Shown here: positions 10,105 to 20,000 of the stretch, one piece after another
Layout: each line of letters opens with the position of its first letter
Numbering within the stretch: the first letter of the stretch is position 1
Source: Chiloscyllium plagiosum
Taxonomy: Eukaryota
Direction of reading: 5' to 3'
Assembly: GCF_004010195.1 (NCBI RefSeq)
Contig: NC_057752.1
Location: 5,191,252 to 5,211,251 of the forward strand
DNA: 20,000 nucleotides
Notes under the pieces: model-generated
Database searches by the model: none
Told to the model about the DNA's origin: nothing
Seen by the model: only the letters and a program-made list of their open reading frames with translations
Made by a program: the position numbers and the translations under genes

Positions 10105-10460
10105 TCGGGCTATGCGCATCATCAGCAAATTCAGTGCAGAGATTCCCTTCCTACGTGGGACAGGTGATGAGTTTGAGGAGTTTGCACCTAATGAAACACA
10201 AAGCACTCATGAGCAGATAGTGGTTGCAGGGCCCTCTCCCAGCTCTACTGAACAGGAAAGCAATGTAGACCCCCAAAGACCAGCCATGAATATAATACAC
10301 ATGGGGCCCAGGTGAAGATTTGCTATTTGAAAGTTTGCTTAAGTCCTTTGAGCACAAAGTCTGAGAATATGATGCAGTTCTTCTCCAACATGTGTAGCAT
10401 TCTCTCATAAGGCATTTCCACTCTCCAACGTACCTTGGACCTTATAACCAACCTTAGTTG
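10105..10460 (+). pseudogene. Decayed coding-like segment, possibly the Myb/SANT accessory ORF of a PIF/Harbinger transposon
   Basis: Acidic Ser/Pro-rich linker (GDEFEEFAPNETQSTHEQ..GPSPSSTEQES). After a frame change it reads as a heptad-like helix, ENMMQFFSNMCSILS*GISTLQRTLDLITNLS. The family assignment is inference. Confidence 0.3.
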
Positions 10461-10644
10461 ATCAATGGTTGTGAATGCATTAAAAAAAAGCCTTTAAGAT
10501 TTAAAGTCCTCAAGCAACTATCAAAAAGAAATCTCCCCGGCCTCTACCCAACGTTCCTTAACTGCAGATAAGTAGTGTTTGAAACTAATTCTCGGGATGT
10601 GCATAAAAAGCTTGCTGAGGATAACATTTGTTGCATGTTTCGAA

Positions 10645-10980
10645 TTTCCCTTGAGAAGGTGGTGGTGATTTTCCTTGAACTGCTGCAGTCAGTGATGGAG
10701 GGAGTTCCAGCATTATGTTTCAGAGATGAGGAAGAAATGGGCAATATATTTCCAAGTCAGAATGGTGAGTGGTTTAGAGAAGAACTTTTAGGTGGTAATG
10801 CTCACACGCATCTTCTGTCCCTGTCCTTCTAGGTTGTAGAGATCAAAGGTTTGGGGAACATGCTATTGAAGAAGCCTTGGTGATTCACTGCAGTACATCT
10901 TTTAAATTGTACACACTACTGTAACTGTGCACCAGGTGTGGAGTGAGGGTTTATTTAAGGTGATAAGTTGGCTGCTGATC
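10645..10980 (-). mobile_element. 3' fragment of the CR1/L2-group LINE
   Basis: Reverse complement of about 8310-8935 without the MITE (cccttgagaaggtggtgg; gtccttctag; tgcagtacatctt..gtacacact). Confidence 0.8.
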
Positions 10981-11284
10981 ACTTTAACAACAAATGACCA
11001 CCTCCTGAGTTGTACTGCCCATGGATAATGAACAGGAATGCAAACGGCCTCATTTGAACTCTGATTTATATGTTTTCCTTGGGTGCTCCAGTCATCAGAA
11101 TAGAGATTCACGCAAAATTGGGATGGATGACAATTGGTGACCATCGATTATTTTATTTTGGTCTTATTAGTTTAAGTGAGGGGAAACAATACAAAAATTG
11201 CCTTTACGTTTTTGAAATTCTGCGAACCAAATTTGCTTGCTTTTTTTTTAAACAGTTCCATTAATCGTCATTGCCCCATGCAGG

Positions 11285-12191
11285 TGTTAAGACCATTATT
11301 GTTTTTCTTTTATCTTTCACATTTTTGGCTTGGAACTGTGAGTTACAGTTGCGAATTTGAACTATGAGTTAAAAAGACTGATATTTACTGTTGGGAGTTG
11401 GTCTCAAAAGATAATGCAGGTTTAAGTGTTGCTCTAAGAACACTAAAGTTGAATCAGCACCAAGATGTTGGTATGTTCAAACACTGGCAGCTGGTTGGAT
11501 GTTGAATTGATCAATCAAGGTAGGACCGGTGCTGGCCAGCCATCCACAGAGAGTGTTGAAAAAGGAAGAGAAACCAAAGGGTGAACTGGTTTTGACTGGG
11601 GTTTTGGACAGGAGGCAGTATTGCGTTGGAAGCTGCTGGACTGGGTTTTTTGGTTTTGCTGTCTCTAGTTATTGACATGTCGAAAGTGCTGAGAAAAGAA
11701 AATAATAAAGGAAAAGTCTCCAAAGTCTGCAGAAGCTGTGTGCATTTACCACTGACTTTGGAATTCAAGCAAGATACAATCCCTACATGCCTGCAATATA
11801 AATCATCAGATTTTATGAAGGCCAGTATTTGTCGAAACAGTTATTGAACTGATAATTTACGATTCTTTTATTTTAAAAAAACCCTTAACTGTGTGTCTGT
11901 CTGTCTGTCGGTATATGAGTTAGGGTTGGTGATCAAAGAATATTGGGTTCAGATCGGAGCTATTAATTTGATTGCCTTGAAATTCACCTGTGTTTTGCTA
12001 AAGTTACATGATTAATAATGAATTGTTAATTTCAGTTAAGCTATAAGCTTGTGTCCAAGATTGGTTAATTGTAAAGCCTGGCTAGGAACAATTGAGCAAT
12101 TTTGAAGGTCATCGAATGTTTTAATTTCACTGTGTTGTGAATCTGATAGGGAGTCTGACTTGGTCTGGCTTGCTATTCCTACGTTGTAACA
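11285..12191. mobile_element. Solo LTR, 907 bp (Gypsy- or ERV-type)
   Basis: Termini TGTTA...TAACA (TG..CA, 5-bp inverted). Perfect 4-bp TSD CAGG at 11281-11284 and 12192-12195. No internal coding region. Confidence 0.8.
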
Positions 12192-12694
12192 CAGGACATT
12201 CAACACACATAATGAATGTGTTACTTTTTAAAAATTGTCATATCCAATAAAGGGAGAGTTTAATGTGATTCTCAATTATTTGGAAAGGAAGCAATAATTT
12301 AACATATCAGAAACTGGTAGAAACATCATAGTACCCACTTTTGTCACCACATAATGCTCACTAGCCTTTCTCTACCAAATGTTGAAATAGTACTGGATTC
12401 AGATGTAAGCCAAATTGGCAGTGGTTTGTGTACTGCCTTCAGTGAAACATCTACATTACCACATGATAATAAATGCCTCTCTCTGCTGATCTCTCTCTCA
12501 TATACCTCACAAATGCAGCATTGGAGCAGTTACATGCAGACGCTTCCCTCTTTTGGTTGGAATTTGAACTACCACACAAATTGACGACCATTTAATTCCA
12601 GGTAAAAAATGAGATTGCTGGAGAAACTCAGGTGGGTTCTCTGTTTTATTTAATTCTAGGAACCAGTTTGTCAGGAATTTAACTAAGAGACTGT

Positions 12695-12822
12695 AAAGGT
12701 TAGTCCCCTTACTGTAACTGAAATCAGATGGCTCAATGCAGCCCAGTGATTAAACCTGGCAGCCTTCCTGTTCCATATGGCTCAGTACAGACTGGCCAGT
12801 GTGGTTGTCAATTGAGTCATCA
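12695..12822 (-). mobile_element. Old tRNA-derived SINE head fragment
   Basis: The minus strand has an A-box-like gatgactcaattgac and a B-box-like caggtttaatcac, with tactgagccata..caggaagg between them. Confidence 0.5.
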
Positions 12823-13617
12823 AATATGATTTTCAAAGATCACTTTATTCTACACTACTTCTGAACTTTATAATGATGTAATTTTAGATATATTTCAAAA
12901 TATTTTGGGTTTTTTTCTACTTTTGAATTATACTCTTGATTTTCATCTTTTAATTTTCTTCTCTGTACTTCTCTGTAAAACCTTTCTTCTCCTCTATCTT
13001 CTTCATAAGCATATTATAATTGTTATGTGTTACAGCCATAATGGTGATTAACCCTGCAAAACAGATTGAAAACCTAGAACACTCTGATCATCTGAGAGGA
13101 CGTATTGGCAGATGAAATTGTAATTTTAGCAGCTTTAGATAACACTGTGAACAGTAGTATTGATTGGTACAGCTATATGCCACACAAACCACACAGAATT
13201 TTAGATTCTAACTGTTTGATGCAGATTAGTGGATTCCAGCCAGACTGGCTCTACAATGTCCATCTTGGTCTCTGTGATCTTGGGGTTAATGATGCAACAA
13301 ATCAGCCCAGTTTTCTAAGCTTGATCAGTATCTATTGATGCCTGCTAGAAACAGCATGCTTGTAGGCAGCATATAGAGACAGAATTAGACTCATCTCTGA
13401 TTACTTCCTTTGACAAATAGCTCATTAGCTGTCTTGTGGATGCATTGCTGTAGTAGCAATGAGGTGGCTTCCAGAGACGCAGATCACCAATTGCTGCTAC
13501 CAGCAGATAGTAATGCTGGCAGTAGGGCTGCCATTTTATTATGCTTATGCCTGAGCTTGTCCATGGAGAATACTGGACTCGGCAAGCCTGAACAGCACAC
13601 AGTCATAGAGCACAAAT

Positions 13618-14010
13618 AGCGGTAATTCAATTGGTAGCTGTTTTGTCTCTGAGTAAGAAAGTTGCAGACTCAAATCCCATTAGAGAGACCTGAGCACAAA
13701 ATTTTAGGTTGACACTCCAGTGAAGGACTGCACTGAGACATTAAACTGAGGCCCACATCAGGTGTATATAAAAAATATCTGGATAATATTTTGAAAAAAG
13801 GGAGTAAATTCTTACCAGCGTCCTGGTGAATATTTATCCTTTAACCAATATAATTTAAACAGGTTATTCATTCATTATCTCATTGCTGTTTGTGAGTGCT
13901 TGCAGTGTGCAAATTTTCAACTGCAATTCCGGCATTACAACATCAACTACACTTCCAAGATATTGGCATATCATGAGGTTATGAAAGGCGGTAAGTAAAT
14001 GAAAGTCTTT
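13618..14010 (+). mobile_element. SacSINE1-type DeuSINE, near full length, diverged
   Basis: tRNA-like head (ggtagc..tctctgagtaagaaagttg..tcaaatcccat). Deu-like core (gagacattaaactgaggccc..tcctggtgaatatttatcc). Tail cattacaaca..actacacttc..tgaaaggc..taaatgaaagtcttt. Confidence 0.8.
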
Positions 14011-14892
14011 AGTTTAATGTGCAACTTCCACTCTCAATGTAGGGCTGAGTGAGGTGCATTTATGTCATGAACTCCTGCTATGAGTGTAATCAAATCTGAC
14101 AATGGGGAAGATATAGGGATCAGTATAAACAGCCCTCTGCAGTGTCTGTGGATTTAGAGTGACAAGCTACCATGATGATTTGCAGTGTGACATTTGGCTT
14201 CAGCAGCCCTGCACGAGGCTTCCTGCACACGATCGTTCTCTGGTAATCCGTTCTTATATTAGATAAGAAACAGAGGATTTTACAGTGATACAAATGCTGC
14301 CTCTTCTTCTCCTGGTTCCCACCAGTGTGGATATCATCCAGCTGCCAGGAAGGCTGGTAAAGCAGTAAATAAAGTTGAGAGCTGTGACTCTAACAATTGT
14401 TTGCCTGTTGTTCTGGAATTTGCCCTGTAGTGTAAACAGGGCAGATTCCACAGCAGTGGGACCCTCGGGGTATACTACAGTAATATAAAAGCAGCATTAG
14501 GAACAGTGACCTTGTCCTGACCTCAACCTCACCAATCATTTTTGATTGAGATATTACTAAAGTTGGTACTTTCAAGTTTTGAGAAGGATTTTCATGGTAA
14601 AATTGTTCAATTTCATTGAAATAATGAATCATTTATAAATTGTATAACAGATTTTTTTTCCCAATACTTCAGTGACATTATGAAATGAGACCTCTCCCCC
14701 AAATGCTTGGAAAATGACTGCAACTTGCCACTCAACCTTAATTTCCCATGAAGTATTTTCTGTTTTTGGACAATATGAAATATGCTTGTCGTGATGGTCT
14801 TTATGTTGAGCACATTATTGGAGGAACTGGTTTGAGGGGGTGAAACTGTGATGGAGTTCAATTCACTGACACCATTAAAATAACAGAATGAT

Positions 14893-15795
14893 GTATCTAC
14901 TGCCCTTGCCCTTCTAGATGGTAGTGGTTGTGGGTTTGGAAAGTGCTGTCGAAGGAGCTTTGGTGAATTTCTGCAGTACATCTTGTAGAGAGTACACACT
15001 CCTGCTACTGAGTACTGGTGGTGAAGGGAGTGGATGCTTGTGGATGGGATGTTAATCAAGCAGGCTGCTTTGTCCTGGGTTGTCTTGAGCGTTGTTGGAA
15101 CTGCATTCATCCAGACAAGTGCAGAGCATTCCATCATACTCCTGACTTGTCCCTTGTAGATGGTGGACAGGCTTTGGAGAGACAGGAAGTGAGTTACTAA
15201 CCAAAGATTACCCTGCATTTGACCTCCTCTGGTACTCCTGGCATTTATCTGTTTGGTCCAGTGAAGTTTCTAATCAATGGCAACCTCCAAGATATTGATG
15301 GCAGGGAATGTTGTGCAGGTCTTACTGCATATTTACACAGATTGCTTCATTATCTGAGAAATTGTGAGTGGTACTGAACATTGTGTGATCATCAGCGAAC
15401 AAGCACATATAGTTCCTTCCAAACCCACCACGATCTAGAAAGACAAGTGTAGCAAACATGTGAGAACACCACCACCTGCATGTTCCACTCCAAGCGACTC
15501 ACTTTCCTGACGATACTGCTGTTCCTTTACTGTGGCAGGGTCAACATCCTGGAATTCCCTTCCTAAAGCATTGTGAGACCACAGTGGTTCAAGAAGGTAA
15601 CTCAATACCATCTTCTCCAGGGCAATTAGGGATAGGTAATAAATGCTGGTAAAGCCAGTGATGCCCACATCCCCTGAATTAATAAAGAAAGCAAAACTTC
15701 TGACATCATAATGGAAGGAAGATCATTAATAAAGCAGCTGAAGATGGTTGTGCCCAGGTTGTTGCCTGGAAGAACTCCTGTGGTAATATACTGGA
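14893..15795 (-). mobile_element. CR1/L2-group LINE fragment (RT core to C-terminus), interrupted at about 15402-15695
   Basis: ORF 14613..15218 has IYKGQVRSMMECSALVWM..SLHHQYSVAGVCTLYKMY. FADD on the minus strand at about 15387-15399. The upstream RT part (PTIFSCFINDLPS) continues at 15696-15795. Confidence 0.88.
15412..15690 (+). mobile_element. 3' end of the same LINE family, inserted antisense within the previous copy
   Basis: ccttccaaaccc..tctagaa..cagggcaattagggataggtaataaatgctgg..gcccacatcccctgaattaataaa matches 8409-8997. Confidence 0.88.
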
Positions 15796-16614
15796 TGAGA
15801 AATGAGAAATAGGTAATTCATAACTGATCTTGATAGCATTCTCATTTAATACCAACACTTTCCAGCAGAGCTCACTGGATAGAAGAGTTATCAAAATCAA
15901 TGAATATAAGGAATGAAATTTGTGATTGCAAAGAATGAGACAGATCAAAAGTAAGGAACATTTTAGATTACCGATAGGAATATCAGGAGTTTAGCACTGA
16001 AGAGTACCATGGCATGTAACACTGGTCTCTACTTCATTGCCTTCCTGCTACAGTTAAAATCAAAATCCATTGAAGACCAAGGGCTGATGATATTCATTTC
16101 TGAAACAAAGGTGATTTAACCCCATAGCTTCAGCTGCAAACAGGGATTTAACATCAGCTTGTATGATCCACCTAAATCTGGCTTTCCAATATTGCCAGAT
16201 TGTTCCAGGTTGAGTCACTTACTTGGAGCACTGAACAAAGTAGGAGTATTGTGCAGCTGCCATCTGTAGAATCCCCCCAATTTGGAAAAATTGCCTCACT
16301 GGGGGATGCAGATGAGGGAAAGCTATTTACAGGACAAGGAATTTTTTAGGAAGGAAAATGGAGGTTGCAGTTTGCATGAAAATGAGATAACTTAACCAGC
16401 ATGGTAATCACTATACTATCATAATCCCACCTTTGATACTTTGCCAATGGTTCAAATCTTGGTTAAATCTTTACCAATTATCCACACTGCCTTGTTGTTA
16501 ATTGTAGCATTGGGTGTCAGTAAAACTGGACGTTAAGCAGAAGATACAGATTTTCATGTAAGCTGTCTAAAAAAGTTAAAAACTAATGTTATGGGCTGCT
16601 GGCATACAAATTGA

Positions 16615-17295
16615 TTGATCGATTTACTTATTGTTGTTACATGTACCGAGATACAGTGAAAAGTGTCGTTTTGCATGCTATACAGGCATACAGTACCACA
16701 CAAAACGCATCAGGGTAGCAGAACAGAGTGCAGAGTACAGTGTTACACCTGCAGATAAGGTGCAGACAGAGATCAGAATTAACATTTTAGAGGTCTGTTC
16801 AAAAGTCTGATAACAATGGGGAAAAAGCTGTTCTTGAATCTATTTAGATTAGATTAGATTAGATTACTTAGTGTGGAAACAGGCCCTTCGGCCCAACAAG
16901 TCCACACCGACCCACCAAAGCGTAACCCACCCAGACCCATTCCCCTACATTTACCCCTTTCACCTAACACTACGGGCAATTTAACATGGCCAATTTGCCT
17001 AACCTGCACATTTTTTGGATTGTGGGAGGAAACCGGAGCACCCGGAGGAAACTCATGCAGACACGGGGAGAACGTGCAAACTCCACACAGTCAGTCGCCG
17101 GGTCTCTGGCGCTGTGAGGCAACAGTGCTAACCACTGAGCCACCTTGTTCTGTGTATTCAGACTTTTCTATCTTCTGCATGATAGAAGAGGATGGAAGAG
17201 AGTATAACTGGGGTGGGAAGGATCTTTGATTATGTTGATTGCTATCCTGAGGCAGTGGGAAGTATAGATGGAGTCAATGGATAGAAGACTGATTT
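16615..17295 (-). mobile_element. Rex1/Babar-type LINE 3' end, interrupted by an HE1 SINE
   Basis: The minus strand reads LLSIDSIYTSHCLRIAINIIKDPSHPSYTLFHPLLSCRR at 17170-17290 and RFKNSFFP at about 16818-16841. These match the Rex1 ORF C-terminus (DPSHP..LPSGRR..NSFFP). Confidence 0.8.
16844..17149 (-). mobile_element. HE1-type V-SINE (tRNA head, V domain, CR1-derived tail, (TCTAA)n)
   Basis: A box TGGCTCAGTGG (17132-17142). V domain gtgtggagtttgcacgttctccccgtgtctgc..tttcctccgggtgctccggtttcctcccaca. Tail ggaaacaggcccttcggcccaac is shared with the CR1 3' end at 116-138. Confidence 0.93.
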
Positions 17296-17720
17296 ACCTC
17301 GCCTTCTCCTAACTTTCTAGCCTGTCTCCTATTTGGATTTGGTGCAGGCTCTTCGGAAGAGATGATATGGAGCCATTGCTACGATGAACTTTGAAGTCAC
17401 TAAGAATGGTGACTTCAGCGCAAGAAAAGTTTCAATCAACAGATTTTATTGACAGCAAGTTGAGAAGTCCTGTGTATATATTTTCCTTTATTCATTAAAT
17501 TTAAGTAGGAACTAGGCAAAACCACTCTATGGTCACTTTTTTTTAAACATCAGTGAATAGAGAAAAATAGCCTGTAGAGAGTTTGTAAAGTTGGAAGAAT
17601 AAATTCAGTAGATGAATTTAACCCAGCATGGGAGATCATTTTCAGCCCAGGAAATTCATGTTAGTCGGTTCAAAGGTGCTGAGGTGATTATTTGGGACAT
17701 TGCATTAAGAATGGTATTAA

Positions 17721-18287
17721 TATAGAAATAAAGAAAACAGAAGCAAGAGTAAGCCATTTAGCCTATCAAATCTCCAACAATCAGTATGATCTTGGCTGAC
17801 CAATGCCATGTGCCTGATCTCTCCCCATGCCCTTCGCTGCCTTAGTGTCTCGAAATCTATCTTGTTTTTTTCAGAAGTAAATTCAATGATTTGGCCTTCA
17901 CCACCTTATGTGGTAGAGAATTCCACAGGATCATCACCTCTGAGCAATGCTCCCTTTAAGTTGTGCAGCTGTGCAGCCAAATGGAGATTCATCCTGCTAA
18001 TGGCTTCCAGTTCTGGAAGCCGCTGCCATGGATGGACTTTGGAGGTCTTTGCAGGGGGAAGAAAATATTACAGGGAACATAGACTCTGAATTATTTCTCT
18101 TGATCTGAGTCCTAAATGGTCTACCCTGTATCCTGAAACTGTGACCCATTGTTATAGACTTGCCAGCCAAGTAAATGTCATCCCTGCATCCAGTCTATCA
18201 AGCCCTGTCAGAATTTTATCTGTTTCAATGAGATCCCCTCTCATTCTTTTCAAGTCCAGTGAATACAGGCCTAGTCAACCCAATCTT
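17721..18287 (-). mobile_element. Older CR1 subfamily 3' fragment, interrupted by a hAT MITE
   Basis: The minus strand reads LGLYSLDLKRMRGDLIETDKILTGLDRLDAG (18183-18275) and LWNSLP (about 17912-17929). Tail atagaaataaagaaa. Confidence 0.85.
17945..18082. mobile_element. hAT-type MITE, 138 bp
   Basis: TIRs CAATGCTCCCTTTAA versus reverse complement CTATGTTCCCTGTAA (12/15). Degenerate 8-bp TSD cCTCTGAg (17937-17944) and aCTCTGAa (18083-18090). The host CR1 resumes after it. Confidence 0.7.
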
Positions 18288-18288
18288 T

Positions 18289-18650
18289 GGTTACGGTGAC
18301 ATAGTGATAATGTTACTGGACAAGTAATTCAAACCCCCAGGCTAATATTCTGGGGACATAGGTTTGAATCCTACCATGTTAGATTGTGAAATTGAATTCA
18401 ATAATGAAGAAATCTGGAATTAAAAGCTAGTCTAATGACAACCATAAAGCCATTGGCATCAAACCCATCTTGTCAACTAATGTCCTTTAGAGTGAAGGAG
18501 ATCTGCCATTCTTAACTGATCTGGCCTACATGTGACTCAAGATTCATAGCAATGTGGTTGACTCTTAACTTCCCTTTGAAATAGCCTACAGAGCCAATCG
18601 GTTCAAGAGCAACTAGGAGTGAGCAACCCAGCAACACCCACATCTCATAT
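18289..18650 (+). mobile_element. tRNA-derived SINE whose 3' tail matches the CR1/L2-group LINE
   Basis: A-box-like ggtgacatagtgataa. B box GGTTTGAATCC at 18361-18371. Tail ttcaagagcaactagga..gagcaa..cacccacatctcat resembles the LINE ends at 8925-8985 and 15615-15675. Confidence 0.8.
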
Positions 18651-18706
18651 AAGAGAGAAAACTCTTTCCGCATACAACAAACCTGCCATCCCAGGAATCA
18701 CTCTTT

Positions 18707-18776
18707 GTGATCTCAAGATATCCCAAACTATTTTACAGACAATGAAGTATTTTTGAACTGCAGTCATCTTGTTATG
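18707..18776 (-). mobile_element. SacSINE1/L2-type 3' tail fragment
   Basis: The minus strand cataacaagatgactgcagttcaaaaatacttcattgtctgtaaaatagtttgggatatcttgagatcac resembles the SacSINE1 tail at 13933-13985. Confidence 0.6.
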
Positions 18777-18956
18777 CACCTCCCATACATTGGACATTGA
18801 AATAAATAGGGTAGACGGGAATTGTAAGGAGGAGGTAAAACTTGGTTCATAATTAATGGAAAAACAAGAGTAAAATGAGTGGAAATACTGATGGAGAAAA
18901 TCAAGATTCAACAATTCAATAAGTGCTGCTGAAATGCAGGTTCAGGTCAGGAGGTC

Positions 18957-19075
18957 TTAAGACAGAAGAAATAGGAGCAGAAATAGACCATTTGGCCCAT
19001 TGAGCATGCTCCACCTTTCATCAAAATTATGGCTGATCTAATTTTGGCCACAATTCCACTTTCCTGCCTGCTCCT
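18957..19075 (-). mobile_element. CR1 3'UTR fragment
   Basis: aagaaataggagcagaaatagaccatttggcccattgagcatgctcc..atggctgatct is homologous to 17725-17800. Confidence 0.75.
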
Positions 19076-19382
19076 TAAAAAAATTAGAAATAGTGGATGT
19101 GATGAATACAATTTTTGAGTACCTTTAAGATTATGCCAAAATTGTGAATCTTTCAGTTATACTTTCATATTCTCCATGGCGTTGATGGAGAGAAGAAAAC
19201 AAGGATATAGGGTTGTCTCAATGTGACTATTGGTCAACTGGTAGCAGTACTCTCCACATGTTATCGTATGGTAAAGACACTTATCTAACTGGGTTCTGGC
19301 AGTGTGCTCTGTTCAGATTTTCACCAAACCACTGCCAATCTCAAAGCAACAGCAATGGACTCAGGGCCTGAATGATCCAACC

Positions 19383-20000
19383 ACAATGCTCCTCAGATCC
19401 TGTCTTGCAGCATCGTATTTACCCTTCCCCCAATTGTAAAACCTGCCCTGTTGCACGCACCTATCTCTCTCCATAGCCAAGGTGAAAGTCACAGAATTGT
19501 GGTCACCATCACCAAAATGCTCACCCACTAACAAGCCCATCACCTGTCCCAGTTCGTTGCCAAGTACCAAATCCAAAATGGCCTCCCCTCTGGTCGGACA
19601 ATCTACATACTGAGTTAGAAAAGCTTCCTGGACACACTGCACAAACACCGCCCCGTCCAATCTACTTCATCTAAAGAGCTTCCAATCAATATTTGGGAAG
19701 TTGAAATTGCCCATGACTACTACCCTGTGGCTTCTGCACCTTTCCAAAATCTGTTTCCCAATCTGTTTCTCCACATCTCTGCTGCTATTGGGGGGCCTAT
19801 AGTAAACACCCAACAAGGTGACTGCTCCTTTCCTATTTCTGACTTCAGCCCATACTACCTCCAAAGGCAGATACCCCTCGAACTGCCTTTCTGCAGCCAT
19901 TATACCATTTCTAATTAGCAACGCCACACCCCCTCCTTTTTTACCACCCTCCCTAATCCTACTGAAACATCTGTAACCAGGAACCTCCAAAAACCATTCC
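19383..20000 (-). mobile_element. CR1 LINE ORF2 APE endonuclease region (dead copy), continuing beyond the window end
   Basis: PGYRCF..GGGVALLI..GVYYRPP..GNFNFPNIDW*..PTRGEAILDLVL..GDHNSV in one frame, with an in-frame TGA at 19667-19669. The conserved GDFN motif reads GNFN. Confidence 0.95.

Noticed and set aside
12604..12650. Remnant resembling a common shark palindromic repeat (attgctggagaaactcag)
   Set aside because: Too short to classify.
14325..14355. Possible 31-nt plus-strand exon after a pyrimidine tract
   Set aside because: Weak donor (GTAAAG), not frame-preserving, and no recognisable peptide.
14613..15218. 201-aa ORF as a possible gene
   Set aside because: The first half is LINE ORF2 C-terminus, and the rest is read-through into AT-rich flank.
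16873..17229. 118-aa ORF
   Set aside because: Antisense reading of the HE1 SINE and Rex1 fragment.
17392..17417. 9-bp inverted repeat TGAAGTCAC/GTGACTTCA
   Set aside because: Short, with no supporting context; could be chance.
1..20000. Immunoglobulin/TCR recombination signals, CRISPR arrays, true tRNA/rRNA genes
   Set aside because: The isolated CACAGTG/CACTGTG heptamers I saw lack properly spaced nonamers. There is no repeat-spacer array. The tRNA-like segments are SINE heads.

Overview
Eukaryotic, repeat-dense genomic DNA, intronic or intergenic. It is almost certainly from a cartilaginous fish (shark), inferred from an HE1-type V-SINE, a SacSINE1-type DeuSINE and shark-type CR1 tails. 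No intact host gene is recognisable. The ORFs I can recognise are decayed retroelement fragments, and most others look like chance ORFs. Contents: several CR1 fragments, a long decayed RTE LINE, several pieces of one CR1/L2-group LINE family, a Rex1/Babar 3' end, about five tRNA-derived SINEs (one LF-SINE-like), a complete 907-bp solo LTR with a 4-bp TSD, a Tigger/pogo MITE with TA TSD, a hAT MITE, and a 500-N scaffold gap. Several insertions are nested. Signals not explained by these repeats are a 34-bp dispersed direct repeat (6189/9037), a decayed coding-like segment at about 10105-10460, a strong hairpin at 14405-14456 and a candidate 57-nt exon at 16054-16110. I found no convincing new biological system. 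Family names come from recalled consensus sequences, not from a database search.
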